Shown: piece by piece, positions 8,495-15,775 of the stretch
Position numbering within the stretch: position 1 is the stretch's first letter
Layout of the letters: each line of letters begins with the position of its first letter
Assembly (NCBI GenBank): GCA_011620345.1
Contig: WOZJ01000066.1
Location: 62,001-83,227, forward strand
Direction: 5' to 3'
DNA length: 21,227 bases
Source of the DNA: Nitrospirota bacterium
GTDB taxonomy: Bacteria > UBA2233
Program-made: the position numbers and the translations under genes
The notes under the pieces: generated by a model
Seen by the model: the letters and a program-made list of their open reading frames with translations, nothing else
What the model was told of the DNA's origin: nothing
Database searches by the model: none

Positions 8495-9541
8495 ATGAAG
8501 AACGCCGTAAAACGTCGAGAAAGACGGTTTTTTTTCACTCTTGTCTTGTTGCTAGCAGGATACGGTGCGGGGTTTTGCGGCGATTTTACGGGGAACCCTC
8601 GGATGGAAGGTTTTGTCCGCATGATGACGGATACACAAGGGGCCGACCCAGAAGAGCTCCGCGGTATTCTTGAGCAGGCAAGGAAGAAGCAGAGTATCCT
8701 TCGCGCGATGGAGGCGCCGGCCGAGGCCAAGCCTTGGTGGGCATACAAGCCCATCCTGGTCAACGCACGAAACGTTCAAGAAGGCAGGGCATTCCTTAAA
8801 AGGCACGTTAGAGCGCTCAAGCGTGCAGAGTCTATTTACGGCGTACCGGGTGCGCTCATAACGGCCATATTAGGAGTAGAGACCAGGTATGGCAAGAACA
8901 TGGGCACCTTTCGCGTGCTGGATTCGCTGGCTACGCTTGCGTTTGATTACCCAAGGAGGGCGGATTTCTTCGCAAACGAGCTTAAGGAATTCTTCTTGAT
9001 GACTAAAGACGACGGGCTTGCCCCGCTTTCTTTAAAGGGATCGTACGCGGGGGCTATGGGCTACCCCCAGTTCATGCCGAGCAGCTTTCGGCGCTATGCC
9101 GTCGATTTCGACAAGGACGGGAAGAAAGACATCTGGAACAGCGTAGAGGATGCCATCGGCAGCGTCGGCAATTACCTGGCAAGCTTTGGGTACAACCCGA
9201 CGCAGCCGGTCTGCCTAAGGGCGGTTCCTGGTCCAAGCGAGAGCGCATTAAAAGACAAAGTGCTTGCAAATGGCGTGGAGCCTGCCTTTTCCTTTGTCAT
9301 GCTGAAGGAGGCAGGGTTTGAGTTCCAGCACGACGGGCTCGATGCGAACACAACGGGCGGGGTCTTCAGCCTGGAAGGGTTTGAAGGGCCCGAGTACTGG
9401 GTGGCCCTTCCCAACTTCTGGGTAATAACCCAATATAACAAAAGTCGGCTTTATGCGATGGCCGTGTTCGAGCTTGCCCGCCATATCCAGGGGACAAAAG
9501 GCTGGACAATCCCCATGCTATCTCAGCAAGACCCCCGATAA
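8495..9541 (+). CDS. mltB: Lytic murein transglycosylase B (SLT_2/GH103 family)
   Basis: AILGVETRYG (catalytic Glu), LATLAFDYPRR, GSYAGAMGYPQFMPSS, EF-hand-like DFDKDGKKD and ITQYNKSRLYAMAV. The start is placed at ATG 8495 because GAGGAGG lies just upstream and a signal peptide follows; the ORF track starts at 8432. Confidence 0.93.
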   Translation: MKNAVKRRERRFFFTLVLLLAGYGAGFCGDFTGNPRMEGFVRMMTDTQGADPEELRGILEQARKKQSILRAMEAPAEAKPWWAYKPILVNARNVQEGRAFLKRHVRALKRAESIYGVPGALITAILGVETRYGKNMGTFRVLDSLATLAFDYPRRADFFANELKEFFLMTKDDGLAPLSLKGSYAGAMGYPQFMPSSFRRYAVDFDKDGKKDIWNSVEDAIGSVGNYLASFGYNPTQPVCLRAVPGPSESALKDKVLANGVEPAFSFVMLKEAGFEFQHDGLDANTTGGVFSLEGFEGPEYWVALPNFWVITQYNKSRLYAMAVFELARHIQGTKGWTIPMLSQQDPR

Positions 9542-9572
9542 GTGGGCTATTCCTGATGTTTTATGGGCTTGC

Positions 9573-10229
9573 CTAAGGTCCAGAGGGCAGCATGGCGGCC
9601 TTGTCCGTATGGCAGGTCGCGCAAAGCTTCCCATTGCTTGCGCTTTCCCATAAAAGCGGCGTCTCGGTCGAACGAAGCTTGAAGGCGATCGTCTTGTCGT
9701 CCTTTGGAAGGCCGAGCTTTTTGGCCGTGATTTCGCGCCTTTCTTCCGTCAGCCCTTGCATAAGCGCCATGTTTGGGGCTGCAGGTATGTTCGTCTCTAC
9801 GGTCCGTGCGGGTCCGGTGATGCCCCATGCCGGCGAGTGGGGGTCGTGGCATGTGCCACAGGTGATCTTGCCGGAGGCATCCAAAGGAAACGCGTTTGCC
9901 CTTTTCTTTCTTGCCTGCTCGATTCCTGCCTTGGCCTCACGTGTCGGAAGGGTCAGGTGGCGCTTGGCACCGATATGCGGGCTTTCCCCGTGGCAGCCGA
10001 AACACGCCCTGAAAGGCGCGGGATGGAATCCGGAGAACTTCTCTTTTGGCATTTCCTCGGGTGTCGGCTCGAGGCTGTGGCAGACGTCACACTGCTCGCC
10101 CATAGGCCCACCGTGCGGGAAGGGGAGGTCTTTCCCGTCGTTCTGTGCAAGGCCTGCTTGAATATGAATAAGGCCAATCGTTAGAGCTCCTGCAATCAGG
10201 ACGCTGAGGCGGTAAGAGCGCATTCCCAT
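9573..10229 (-). CDS. Exported tetraheme c-type cytochrome
   Basis: Four CxxCH motifs (CDVCH, CFGCH, CGTCH, CATCH), including CGTCHDPH. Signal peptide ending near AGLA-Q. A GGAGGA RBS lies inside the end of the upstream gene. Confidence 0.88.
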   Translation of the reverse strand: MGMRSYRLSVLIAGALTIGLIHIQAGLAQNDGKDLPFPHGGPMGEQCDVCHSLEPTPEEMPKEKFSGFHPAPFRACFGCHGESPHIGAKRHLTLPTREAKAGIEQARKKRANAFPLDASGKITCGTCHDPHSPAWGITGPARTVETNIPAAPNMALMQGLTEERREITAKKLGLPKDDKTIAFKLRSTETPLLWESASNGKLCATCHTDKAAMLPSGP

Positions 10230-10232
10230 CGG

Positions 10233-10559
10233 CTATTCCTCCTGCGTAGAAGATCCGGTTCCGTTGTCGCCGTGGCAGAGTATGCAGCTTGCCTCACCGC
10301 GGCGCTCGACGACACCACGGACCCAACCCATATCCCAGCCCGTGAGAAACGCGCTATCATCGTCGCAATGGATGGCCCTGATAGGATGACAGGAAACGCA
10401 CTGCCGCCTTCTCCAGCCCGAAGGGTGTTCTTCTTGCGTAAGCCGTACTCCTTGAGGAGAGCCGGCGAGTGGGCCGTAGTCCTGGCATTGGTAGCCGTGG
10501 GCGAAAGAGGCGAGCGCTACAAAGACGCCCCCTAAAAGGACGAACGTTTTTGTTCGCAT
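10233..10559 (-). CDS. Small exported diheme c-type cytochrome
   Basis: Two CxxCH motifs (CVSCH, CILCH) and a signal peptide (MRTKTFVLLGGVFVALASFAHG). AAGGAG RBS upstream; 15 bp and 3 bp gaps to its neighbours. Confidence 0.85.
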   Translation of the reverse strand: MRTKTFVLLGGVFVALASFAHGYQCQDYGPLAGSPQGVRLTQEEHPSGWRRRQCVSCHPIRAIHCDDDSAFLTGWDMGWVRGVVERRGEASCILCHGDNGTGSSTQEE

Positions 10560-10574
10560 CGTCTTTTGCTCCTT

Positions 10575-11183
10575 TTAGCGCCGAAGCAGTTGCCTGTGAC
10601 AGCCAAGGCAGAAGTTTTGCCTGTGGCAGCTCGAGCATTTCATCGGGTTTGCCCTGGCTTCGATCGCGTGGTAGAAGAGATAATTTCCCTCGTGGACCTT
10701 GTTTTGCATCGTATCCCTGCGCATGTGGCAATCTACGCAGAACGACTGGGCATGGCAGAGCTGGCATTCCTCGCCGGAGGTCTGTGCAAGAATACGATGG
10801 TCTTTCTTGAAGCTCAACGTGTGCGTTTTCGGCTTGATCGCGGCCATGTTGTCTTTATGGCAGCTTGTGCACTTCAGGGGCCGCTTTGCCTTTCGTTCTT
10901 CGTTGTTATGGCATGCATGACAGGTCTCTTGGCCCGGTTTCAGGTAACGCGCTTCGATCTCGTCGTCAAGCTTTTCGTGCTGGCTTTCGAGCGTGGCGTT
11001 GAACGGGTGGCAGGAGATGCAGTTAAACCCATCTTTTTCGAGCAAGACGCGGTGCTTGCCGTGATCGAAGACGGAGGCCGCGGATTTAGGGGGGGCAGGG
11101 GGCTCTTCTTTGGCCATTCCGGAAAGGGCAACGCCAGCCAAGCCTGCCGCAAAGATTAAACTAAAAACGGGTATTCTTTTCAT
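10575..11183 (-). CDS. Exported heptaheme c-type cytochrome (c7/c3-like N-terminal module plus a duplicated diheme module)
   Basis: Seven CxxCH motifs (CISCH, CHACH, CTSCH, CQLCH, CVDCH, CSSCH, CLGCH). F-x-H-x-x-H motif (FDHGKH) typical of class III cytochromes. Signal peptide and AAGGA RBS. Confidence 0.9.
   Translation of the reverse strand: MKRIPVFSLIFAAGLAGVALSGMAKEEPPAPPKSAASVFDHGKHRVLLEKDGFNCISCHPFNATLESQHEKLDDEIEARYLKPGQETCHACHNNEERKAKRPLKCTSCHKDNMAAIKPKTHTLSFKKDHRILAQTSGEECQLCHAQSFCVDCHMRRDTMQNKVHEGNYLFYHAIEARANPMKCSSCHRQNFCLGCHRQLLRR
10596..10823 (-). repeat. Protein-level duplication of a 33-aa diheme unit within the heptaheme cytochrome (copies at 10725..10823 and 10596..10694)
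   Basis: HTLSFKKDHRILAQTSGEECQLCHAQSFCVDCH and HEGNYLFYHAIEARANPMKCSSCHRQNFCLGCH share identical spacing: H-x7-H-x3-A-x6-CxxCH-x-Q-x-F-CxxCH. Confidence 0.85.
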
Positions 11184-11200
11184 GGCAAGGTCCTTTTGCC

Positions 11201-12556
11201 CTAGAATTTGGTGTCGAAGTTGTAGAAGGCCATCAGGCCGCCCCGGATGTCGTCATGGTAAAAGTCGTTCGAGTTGGCCTCGAAGAAGCCCTGGAGCTTG
11301 CAGTCTCGAAACAAAAGGTAGCTGACCATCGTGCGGAAGTTGAAGGCCTGATCGCTCTGGTTGGTGGTTTTGTCGTAATGGACCATGTTAAACCAGTTTT
11401 CCCACTCGAGCCTTTGGGTGAGCTTTAGGCTATACTCTGCTCTGGGGCCTACGGCTTCCCCGCCGTAGCTCTTCAAGTAGAACATGCCTAAAGAAAGGGC
11501 ATGTTCGTTCCTTTCTCCGAACGTCTTGCGAAGTCCAGGCTCGAACGAGTAGCCTTTTGTCCGTTCGCCCGGGAACGTCTCGTAGGTCTGGTAGGCGAAG
11601 TCTGTATAAACGCTCAAGCCAGGGTTTAAGGCGTAATCAAACCCAACCTTGGATTGCCAAAGCGAGCTTGCCGAAAACAGCCCGAAGATGAGGTCGTCCA
11701 TCGTGTTCAGCGTGAACATGTCTGTCGTGTAGGCCTCTCGCTCCCACAGGTTGGTGTCGTAGTAGGTGCCCTCGAGCTTCATGCTGAACTTCTGCGTCAG
11801 GAACATCTGCGTTCCAAAAACGACGTCCTCGAAGCCCCCTTGAGAGTTGTTGTAGACCATCTCTTGGTAAAGGAGGCTATCGATCGGGAAGCTTAGCGGC
11901 TTTTGCCAGGTGAGGTGCAAGAGCTCGTCGTGCTCGTCTGGATAATCTAGGTCGCGCTCCATGTAGCCTACCTCGCCCGAAATTTGGAAAGGCAGGCTGA
12001 ACTTTGCCGAAATGCCCCAGATTTTTTCGTCAATGTTCTCGTCTTGGTTGTACCATTCCGAAAATGTCTCGAGGTCTCTGGGTTTGCCGTAGAAGAAGTT
12101 GAGCGCAAGGCTCTTCGTAATCTCGAGGTCGCCCTGAATGGCATCGGCCAGGAAGACGTTCCCCGCCTTGTGGATAAACTGCCTTCCAAGGACCAGGCTC
12201 AACCTGTCCGCGATCCTTGGGATCTCTACGTAGCCCAAGAAGACGTCTACCTGGCCGCTTTCGTCCGGATAGCCGTTGTAGGCAAAATCGTCGCGGTAGC
12301 GAAAGTAGGCTACTGCCGAAGCGCCCTGAGGCAGGTCCTCGAGCGTGAAGCGGCTGTATAGGCTAAAGGGCATCTCGTTGCCGCCGAAGCGGTGCCCCCC
12401 GTAGACGAGCGAGCCCTTATGGTAGCGGTTCTTCCTTCCCTCGAAAAGCGCCTCGAAGTTCCCGGAGAGCGTTTCGGCAATCGCCCGGGTTTCTTGGACG
12501 AAGAAGACCCCTACAAGGCAGGCCGTGGCTAGCGCTTTGAGTGTCGTTCCCCTCAT
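11201..12556 (-). CDS. Outer-membrane beta-barrel (porin-like) protein of a multiheme cytochrome cluster
   Basis: Signal peptide ending AIA-E and no later hydrophobic helix. Many aromatic-rich alternating strands (e.g. KVGFDYAL, LSVYTDFAYQ, FRTMVSYLL). C-terminus GGLMAFYNFDTKF ends in Phe. Flanked by cytochrome genes. Confidence 0.8.
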   Translation of the reverse strand: MRGTTLKALATACLVGVFFVQETRAIAETLSGNFEALFEGRKNRYHKGSLVYGGHRFGGNEMPFSLYSRFTLEDLPQGASAVAYFRYRDDFAYNGYPDESGQVDVFLGYVEIPRIADRLSLVLGRQFIHKAGNVFLADAIQGDLEITKSLALNFFYGKPRDLETFSEWYNQDENIDEKIWGISAKFSLPFQISGEVGYMERDLDYPDEHDELLHLTWQKPLSFPIDSLLYQEMVYNNSQGGFEDVVFGTQMFLTQKFSMKLEGTYYDTNLWEREAYTTDMFTLNTMDDLIFGLFSASSLWQSKVGFDYALNPGLSVYTDFAYQTYETFPGERTKGYSFEPGLRKTFGERNEHALSLGMFYLKSYGGEAVGPRAEYSLKLTQRLEWENWFNMVHYDKTTNQSDQAFNFRTMVSYLLFRDCKLQGFFEANSNDFYHDDIRGGLMAFYNFDTKF

Positions 12557-12583
12557 TGCCGACCCCTGCTGTTTTTTTGGTGG

Positions 12584-13237
12584 TTACATGCCAGGAGGCG
12601 CAAAGCTCTTCGTGTGCTCGTGACAAAGCACGCAGTTCGAGGTGAAGTGGGCCTCGCCCGTCCCATCCCGGCGGTAATGGTTCGTTTGCGTATGGCATAC
12701 CTCGCAAAGCCCTTGTCCCGGCTCTTTGCCGTTCTGGCCTCCGGATGCGCTTGGGAGCTCCACGAAGCTGTCGTCCGCCTGTCCGTCCTCGTTAAGGAAG
12801 CGAATCTCTACGGGTGTGCCGTCGAGCGTCGTCAGCAGATCCCGGACCATCGAGAGGTTGGGCGTTCCGTGTGGGTTGTGGCACGCGGCGCAGTTGGCCG
12901 TTCGCTCTTCTGGCGTCCCTAACGTGGCCCAGAGTGCGGGCGGGTGGCCATGGGGCTGGCCCGTGGGCCAGGTTTCGTTGTGGCAGGTCTCGCAGTTTGC
13001 CTTGGTCATGTGGCCCGTGCCAAACCCGGTCCTTGCCCGCGTATGGCACATGAAGCAGGCCGTGCCGTGGCCCTGGAAGGTTCTTGCACGTTCTACGTAC
13101 TCCGAGTGGCAAAACTCGCAGTCATCCGGGGCCTGGAAGTACTCCGGGGGAGCGGTGTATTTCTTCGCTCCAAGGAGCGCGACGCTCGCGATCAAGACCA
13201 TCCCGGCCCCTAGACTCAACAGCCTTCTTCTTTGCAT
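12584..13237 (-). CDS. Exported hexaheme c-type cytochrome
   Basis: Six CxxCH motifs (CEFCH, CFMCH, CETCH, CAACH, CEVCH, CVLCH). The start is placed at ATG 13237 (MQRRRLLSLGAG...) because GGAGGAG lies just upstream and a signal/anchor segment follows; the ORF track starts at 13276. Confidence 0.88.
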   Translation of the reverse strand: MQRRRLLSLGAGMVLIASVALLGAKKYTAPPEYFQAPDDCEFCHSEYVERARTFQGHGTACFMCHTRARTGFGTGHMTKANCETCHNETWPTGQPHGHPPALWATLGTPEERTANCAACHNPHGTPNLSMVRDLLTTLDGTPVEIRFLNEDGQADDSFVELPSASGGQNGKEPGQGLCEVCHTQTNHYRRDGTGEAHFTSNCVLCHEHTKSFAPPGM

Positions 13238-13278
13238 GGGCTCCTCCCTCGATGTTAGCTTTCCCTCTAACCCCATGC

Positions 13279-13308
13279 ACTATACTCGATCATTTTTGTG
13301 ATTTGCAA
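13279..13308 (-). promoter_or_regulatory. Candidate sigma70-type promoter for the cytochrome-porin operon
   Basis: The minus strand reads TTGCAA (13308..13303), 18 nt, TATAGT (13284..13279) in an AT-rich patch about 40 nt upstream of ATG 13237. Confidence 0.55.
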
Positions 13309-13398
13309 GGCTTGCGCCTAGGGCGAACGATTTCCCGCATCCTGGCAGGCGCCCAAAGCCCTTCCGGGCTGAACGTCAGCTGCTTTCTTGTTGGCGGT

Positions 13399-14448
13399 CT
13401 AGGCCTTGAGGCTTTTCATGTCGATGACGAAACGGTACTTGACATCGCTCTTTAGCATTCGCTCGTAGGCCTCGTTGATCGCCTGGATCGGAATCAACTC
13501 GATGTCCGAAACAATGCCATGTTTGGCGCAGAAATCGAGCATTTCTTGCGTTTCTTGAATACCGCCGATTAGCGACCCGGCAATCTGGCGCCGCTTAAAA
13601 ACCAGGCTGAACACGTCGGGCGAAGGGTGGGGTTCGGACGGCGCGCCCACGAGTACCAGCGTGCCATCTCGCTTGAGGAGGTTTAGGTAATCGTCTAGCC
13701 GGTGTGGGGCGGACACGGTATTCAGCATGAAATGGAAGCTGTTCTTGTGGGCCGCCATTTCGTTTTGGTTCTTGGAAACGACCACCTCGTCTGCGCCAAG
13801 ACGGCGAGCGTCTTCAGCCTTGCCTGGCGAGGTCGTGAACAGCACGACGTGGGCGCCCATCGCATGGGCAAGCTTTATCGCCATATGGCCCAAGCCACCC
13901 AAGCCTACGACCCCCACCTTCTTGCCAGGGCCGATGCTCCAGTGCCGAAGCGGGGAGTAGGTGGTGATGCCGGCGCAAACGAGCGGGGCCACCGCCGCCA
14001 AGTTCTCGGTATGGGCAACCTTGAGCACGAAGGATTCCTTGACGACGATCGTTTCGGAGTAGCCGCCGAAGGTGTTCTCGCTCCCCGGCCCACGCCCGTT
14101 GTAGGTCGCCACGAAGCCTTCCTCGCAGTACTGCTCTAGCCCGTTGAGGCAGGATTCGCAGCGCCCGCAGCTATCTACCATGCAACCGACGGCCGCGATG
14201 TCGCCCTCCTTAAATTTGTTTGCCTTGCTTCCGACGGCCACCACGCGCCCTACTATCTCGTGGCCAGGTACGCAGGGATAGATCGTATTCTTCCATTCAT
14301 CGCGAGCGGTGTGGAGGTCCGAATGGCACACGCCGCAAAAGAGTACATCGATCTGCACGTCTTCCGGTCCTGGGCTACGCCGCTTGACCTGAAAAGGTCC
14401 CAAGGGGTTTGTCGGGCCGTGCGTAGCGTAGGCTTTGGCGTTGATCAT
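13399..14448 (-). CDS. yahK: Zn-dependent NADP(H) alcohol dehydrogenase / aldehyde reductase (cinnamyl-ADH/YahK family)
   Basis: CGVCHSD, PGHEIVG, structural-Zn CGRCESC-x7-C, CAGITTYSPL, GLGGLG followed by FTTS (NADP type) and C-terminal DVKYRFVID. GGAGG RBS. Confidence 0.92.
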   Translation of the reverse strand: MINAKAYATHGPTNPLGPFQVKRRSPGPEDVQIDVLFCGVCHSDLHTARDEWKNTIYPCVPGHEIVGRVVAVGSKANKFKEGDIAAVGCMVDSCGRCESCLNGLEQYCEEGFVATYNGRGPGSENTFGGYSETIVVKESFVLKVAHTENLAAVAPLVCAGITTYSPLRHWSIGPGKKVGVVGLGGLGHMAIKLAHAMGAHVVLFTTSPGKAEDARRLGADEVVVSKNQNEMAAHKNSFHFMLNTVSAPHRLDDYLNLLKRDGTLVLVGAPSEPHPSPDVFSLVFKRRQIAGSLIGGIQETQEMLDFCAKHGIVSDIELIPIQAINEAYERMLKSDVKYRFVIDMKSLKA

Positions 14449-14510
14449 CGCCTTTCCTCCTTGATTCGTGACTTGGGCTTTTTATAGGAAAGAGGCCTAA
14501 CGGCTTGTCC

Positions 14511-15665
14511 TTAGGCCTCGAGCAGTAGGCTTTTTTCGGGCGCCAGATGTGCCATGCCCGCGTACTCGGTATAGAGTGCGAATAGCTTCAAGAAAACTTC
14601 CTGCCAGTCGAGCGCCTTCGAGTTTGCACGCATGCTTATAGGTGGAACCTCCAAGGCATCCTCTAGGCATTGGGGGGAGGGGATGAACACGGTCGTTTTG
14701 GGGTCTAGGTTTTCTCGAAGGATGGGAGAATCCACGCAGAGTACGGGAAGGCCGCAACATTGGGCCTCCATCAATGAAAGCCCGTATGTTTCCGAGGTAC
14801 ATGCCGTAACGTAGTAGTCTGCAAAGCTGAACAATTCGGCCAGCAGGTCTTGGTTTTCTACGAAGCCTAAGTAGAAGACGTTACGGCGCTTGGCTTGAAG
14901 TTCGAGGAGTCGCTCTTTGAGCTTGCCATCGCCCACGATAAGGAAACTCCCGGGGCTTTTGCTCGCCTCCATCGCATCCAGCAAAAGATGCACGTTTTTG
15001 TCCGAAGAAAGCCTTCCTGCATACACCCCGATAGGCCTTTTGAGTGCTTTGGGCAGCAACGGAGAAAGAGCCGAGAAGGTGCTCCTGGGGTAGAAGACGC
15101 GCTTGTTTACACCCAGTGGAATGTGGACTAGCCGCTTAACGCCCAACCCTTCGAGTTGTCTTAGGAAGGTTTGCGAGGCGACGATCGTGGACTTGCAGCG
15201 GTTGTAGAGCTTTGGGATGTAGGTACGGCTTACCCGTTCTGCAAGGGCGGACCATCGAAATAGGAGCCGGAAGCTCGAAACCAGGTCGGTATGGTAGACG
15301 CTAAGTAAAGGAATACCCTTTTGCTTAGCGTAAACGCTCGCCGCGTAGGCCATCGTCGTGGTAGAGTTAATTTCGACGATATCGGGCTGAAACTCGTCGA
15401 TGGCGCGGTAGAGCTTTCGAAAGTGGGTATGGAGGAAGTAGTTGGGGGCCAACCTCTGGACGTTCATCGACTTGATCGATACGAACGTACTTCCGAACCG
15501 TTGGTGAACGCCGTCGTAGTGGGATGGAAAAACTACTCGGTGCTCGACAGGAAGGCCAAGCTCTTGGAAGATGCGGGCCTTGTTGTTGATGAAGGTGGCG
15601 ATTCCGCCCGTGTGGAAGCCGTAGAAGTCGGAAATGTCGAGAAGACGAACCTTGTCCTTGTTCAT
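14511..15665 (-). CDS. Glycosyltransferase family 4 (GT-B fold)
   Basis: N-terminal GGIA motif, YHTD, PLGV, YAGRLS-x-x-KN, IVGDG and the E-x7-E motif ETYGLSLME followed by GLPV. ATG 15665 is preferred (GGAG upstream, domain starts at once); TTG 15719 is the alternative. Confidence 0.88.
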   Translation of the reverse strand: MNKDKVRLLDISDFYGFHTGGIATFINNKARIFQELGLPVEHRVVFPSHYDGVHQRFGSTFVSIKSMNVQRLAPNYFLHTHFRKLYRAIDEFQPDIVEINSTTTMAYAASVYAKQKGIPLLSVYHTDLVSSFRLLFRWSALAERVSRTYIPKLYNRCKSTIVASQTFLRQLEGLGVKRLVHIPLGVNKRVFYPRSTFSALSPLLPKALKRPIGVYAGRLSSDKNVHLLLDAMEASKSPGSFLIVGDGKLKERLLELQAKRRNVFYLGFVENQDLLAELFSFADYYVTACTSETYGLSLMEAQCCGLPVLCVDSPILRENLDPKTTVFIPSPQCLEDALEVPPISMRANSKALDWQEVFLKLFALYTEYAGMAHLAPEKSLLLEA

Positions 15666-15775
15666 GGAGCTCCAGACCTGTTTGGCTGGTTTGTTCGGTT
15701 GAGTGCAATAGCGCTTCAACGCCTTGATCTATTTATTGTAAGCGTTCGGCCCCTTGCGGGTCAATCAAGACACGC

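Noticed and set aside
13208-13237. Twin-arginine-like QRRRLL at the hexaheme cytochrome N-terminus
   Set aside because: It lacks the S/T-R-R-x-F-L-K consensus, and c-type apocytochromes are normally Sec-exported; it is more likely a basic n-region.
9592-13301. Long + strand ORFs antisense to the cytochrome operon (9592..10161, 10566..11159, 12726..13301)
   Set aside because: Shadow ORFs of GC-rich coding sequence with no recognisable motifs; the opposite strand carries clear CxxCH proteins with RBSs.
13357-13370. Hairpin AGCCC-GGAA-GGGCT downstream of the alcohol dehydrogenase as a terminator
   Set aside because: Only a 5-bp stem with no real U-tract; too weak to call.
14321-14341. CGVCH (a CxxCH match) in the alcohol dehydrogenase as another heme site
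   Set aside because: It is the conserved catalytic-Zn region (CGVCHSD) of a cytoplasmic MDR enzyme with no signal peptide.
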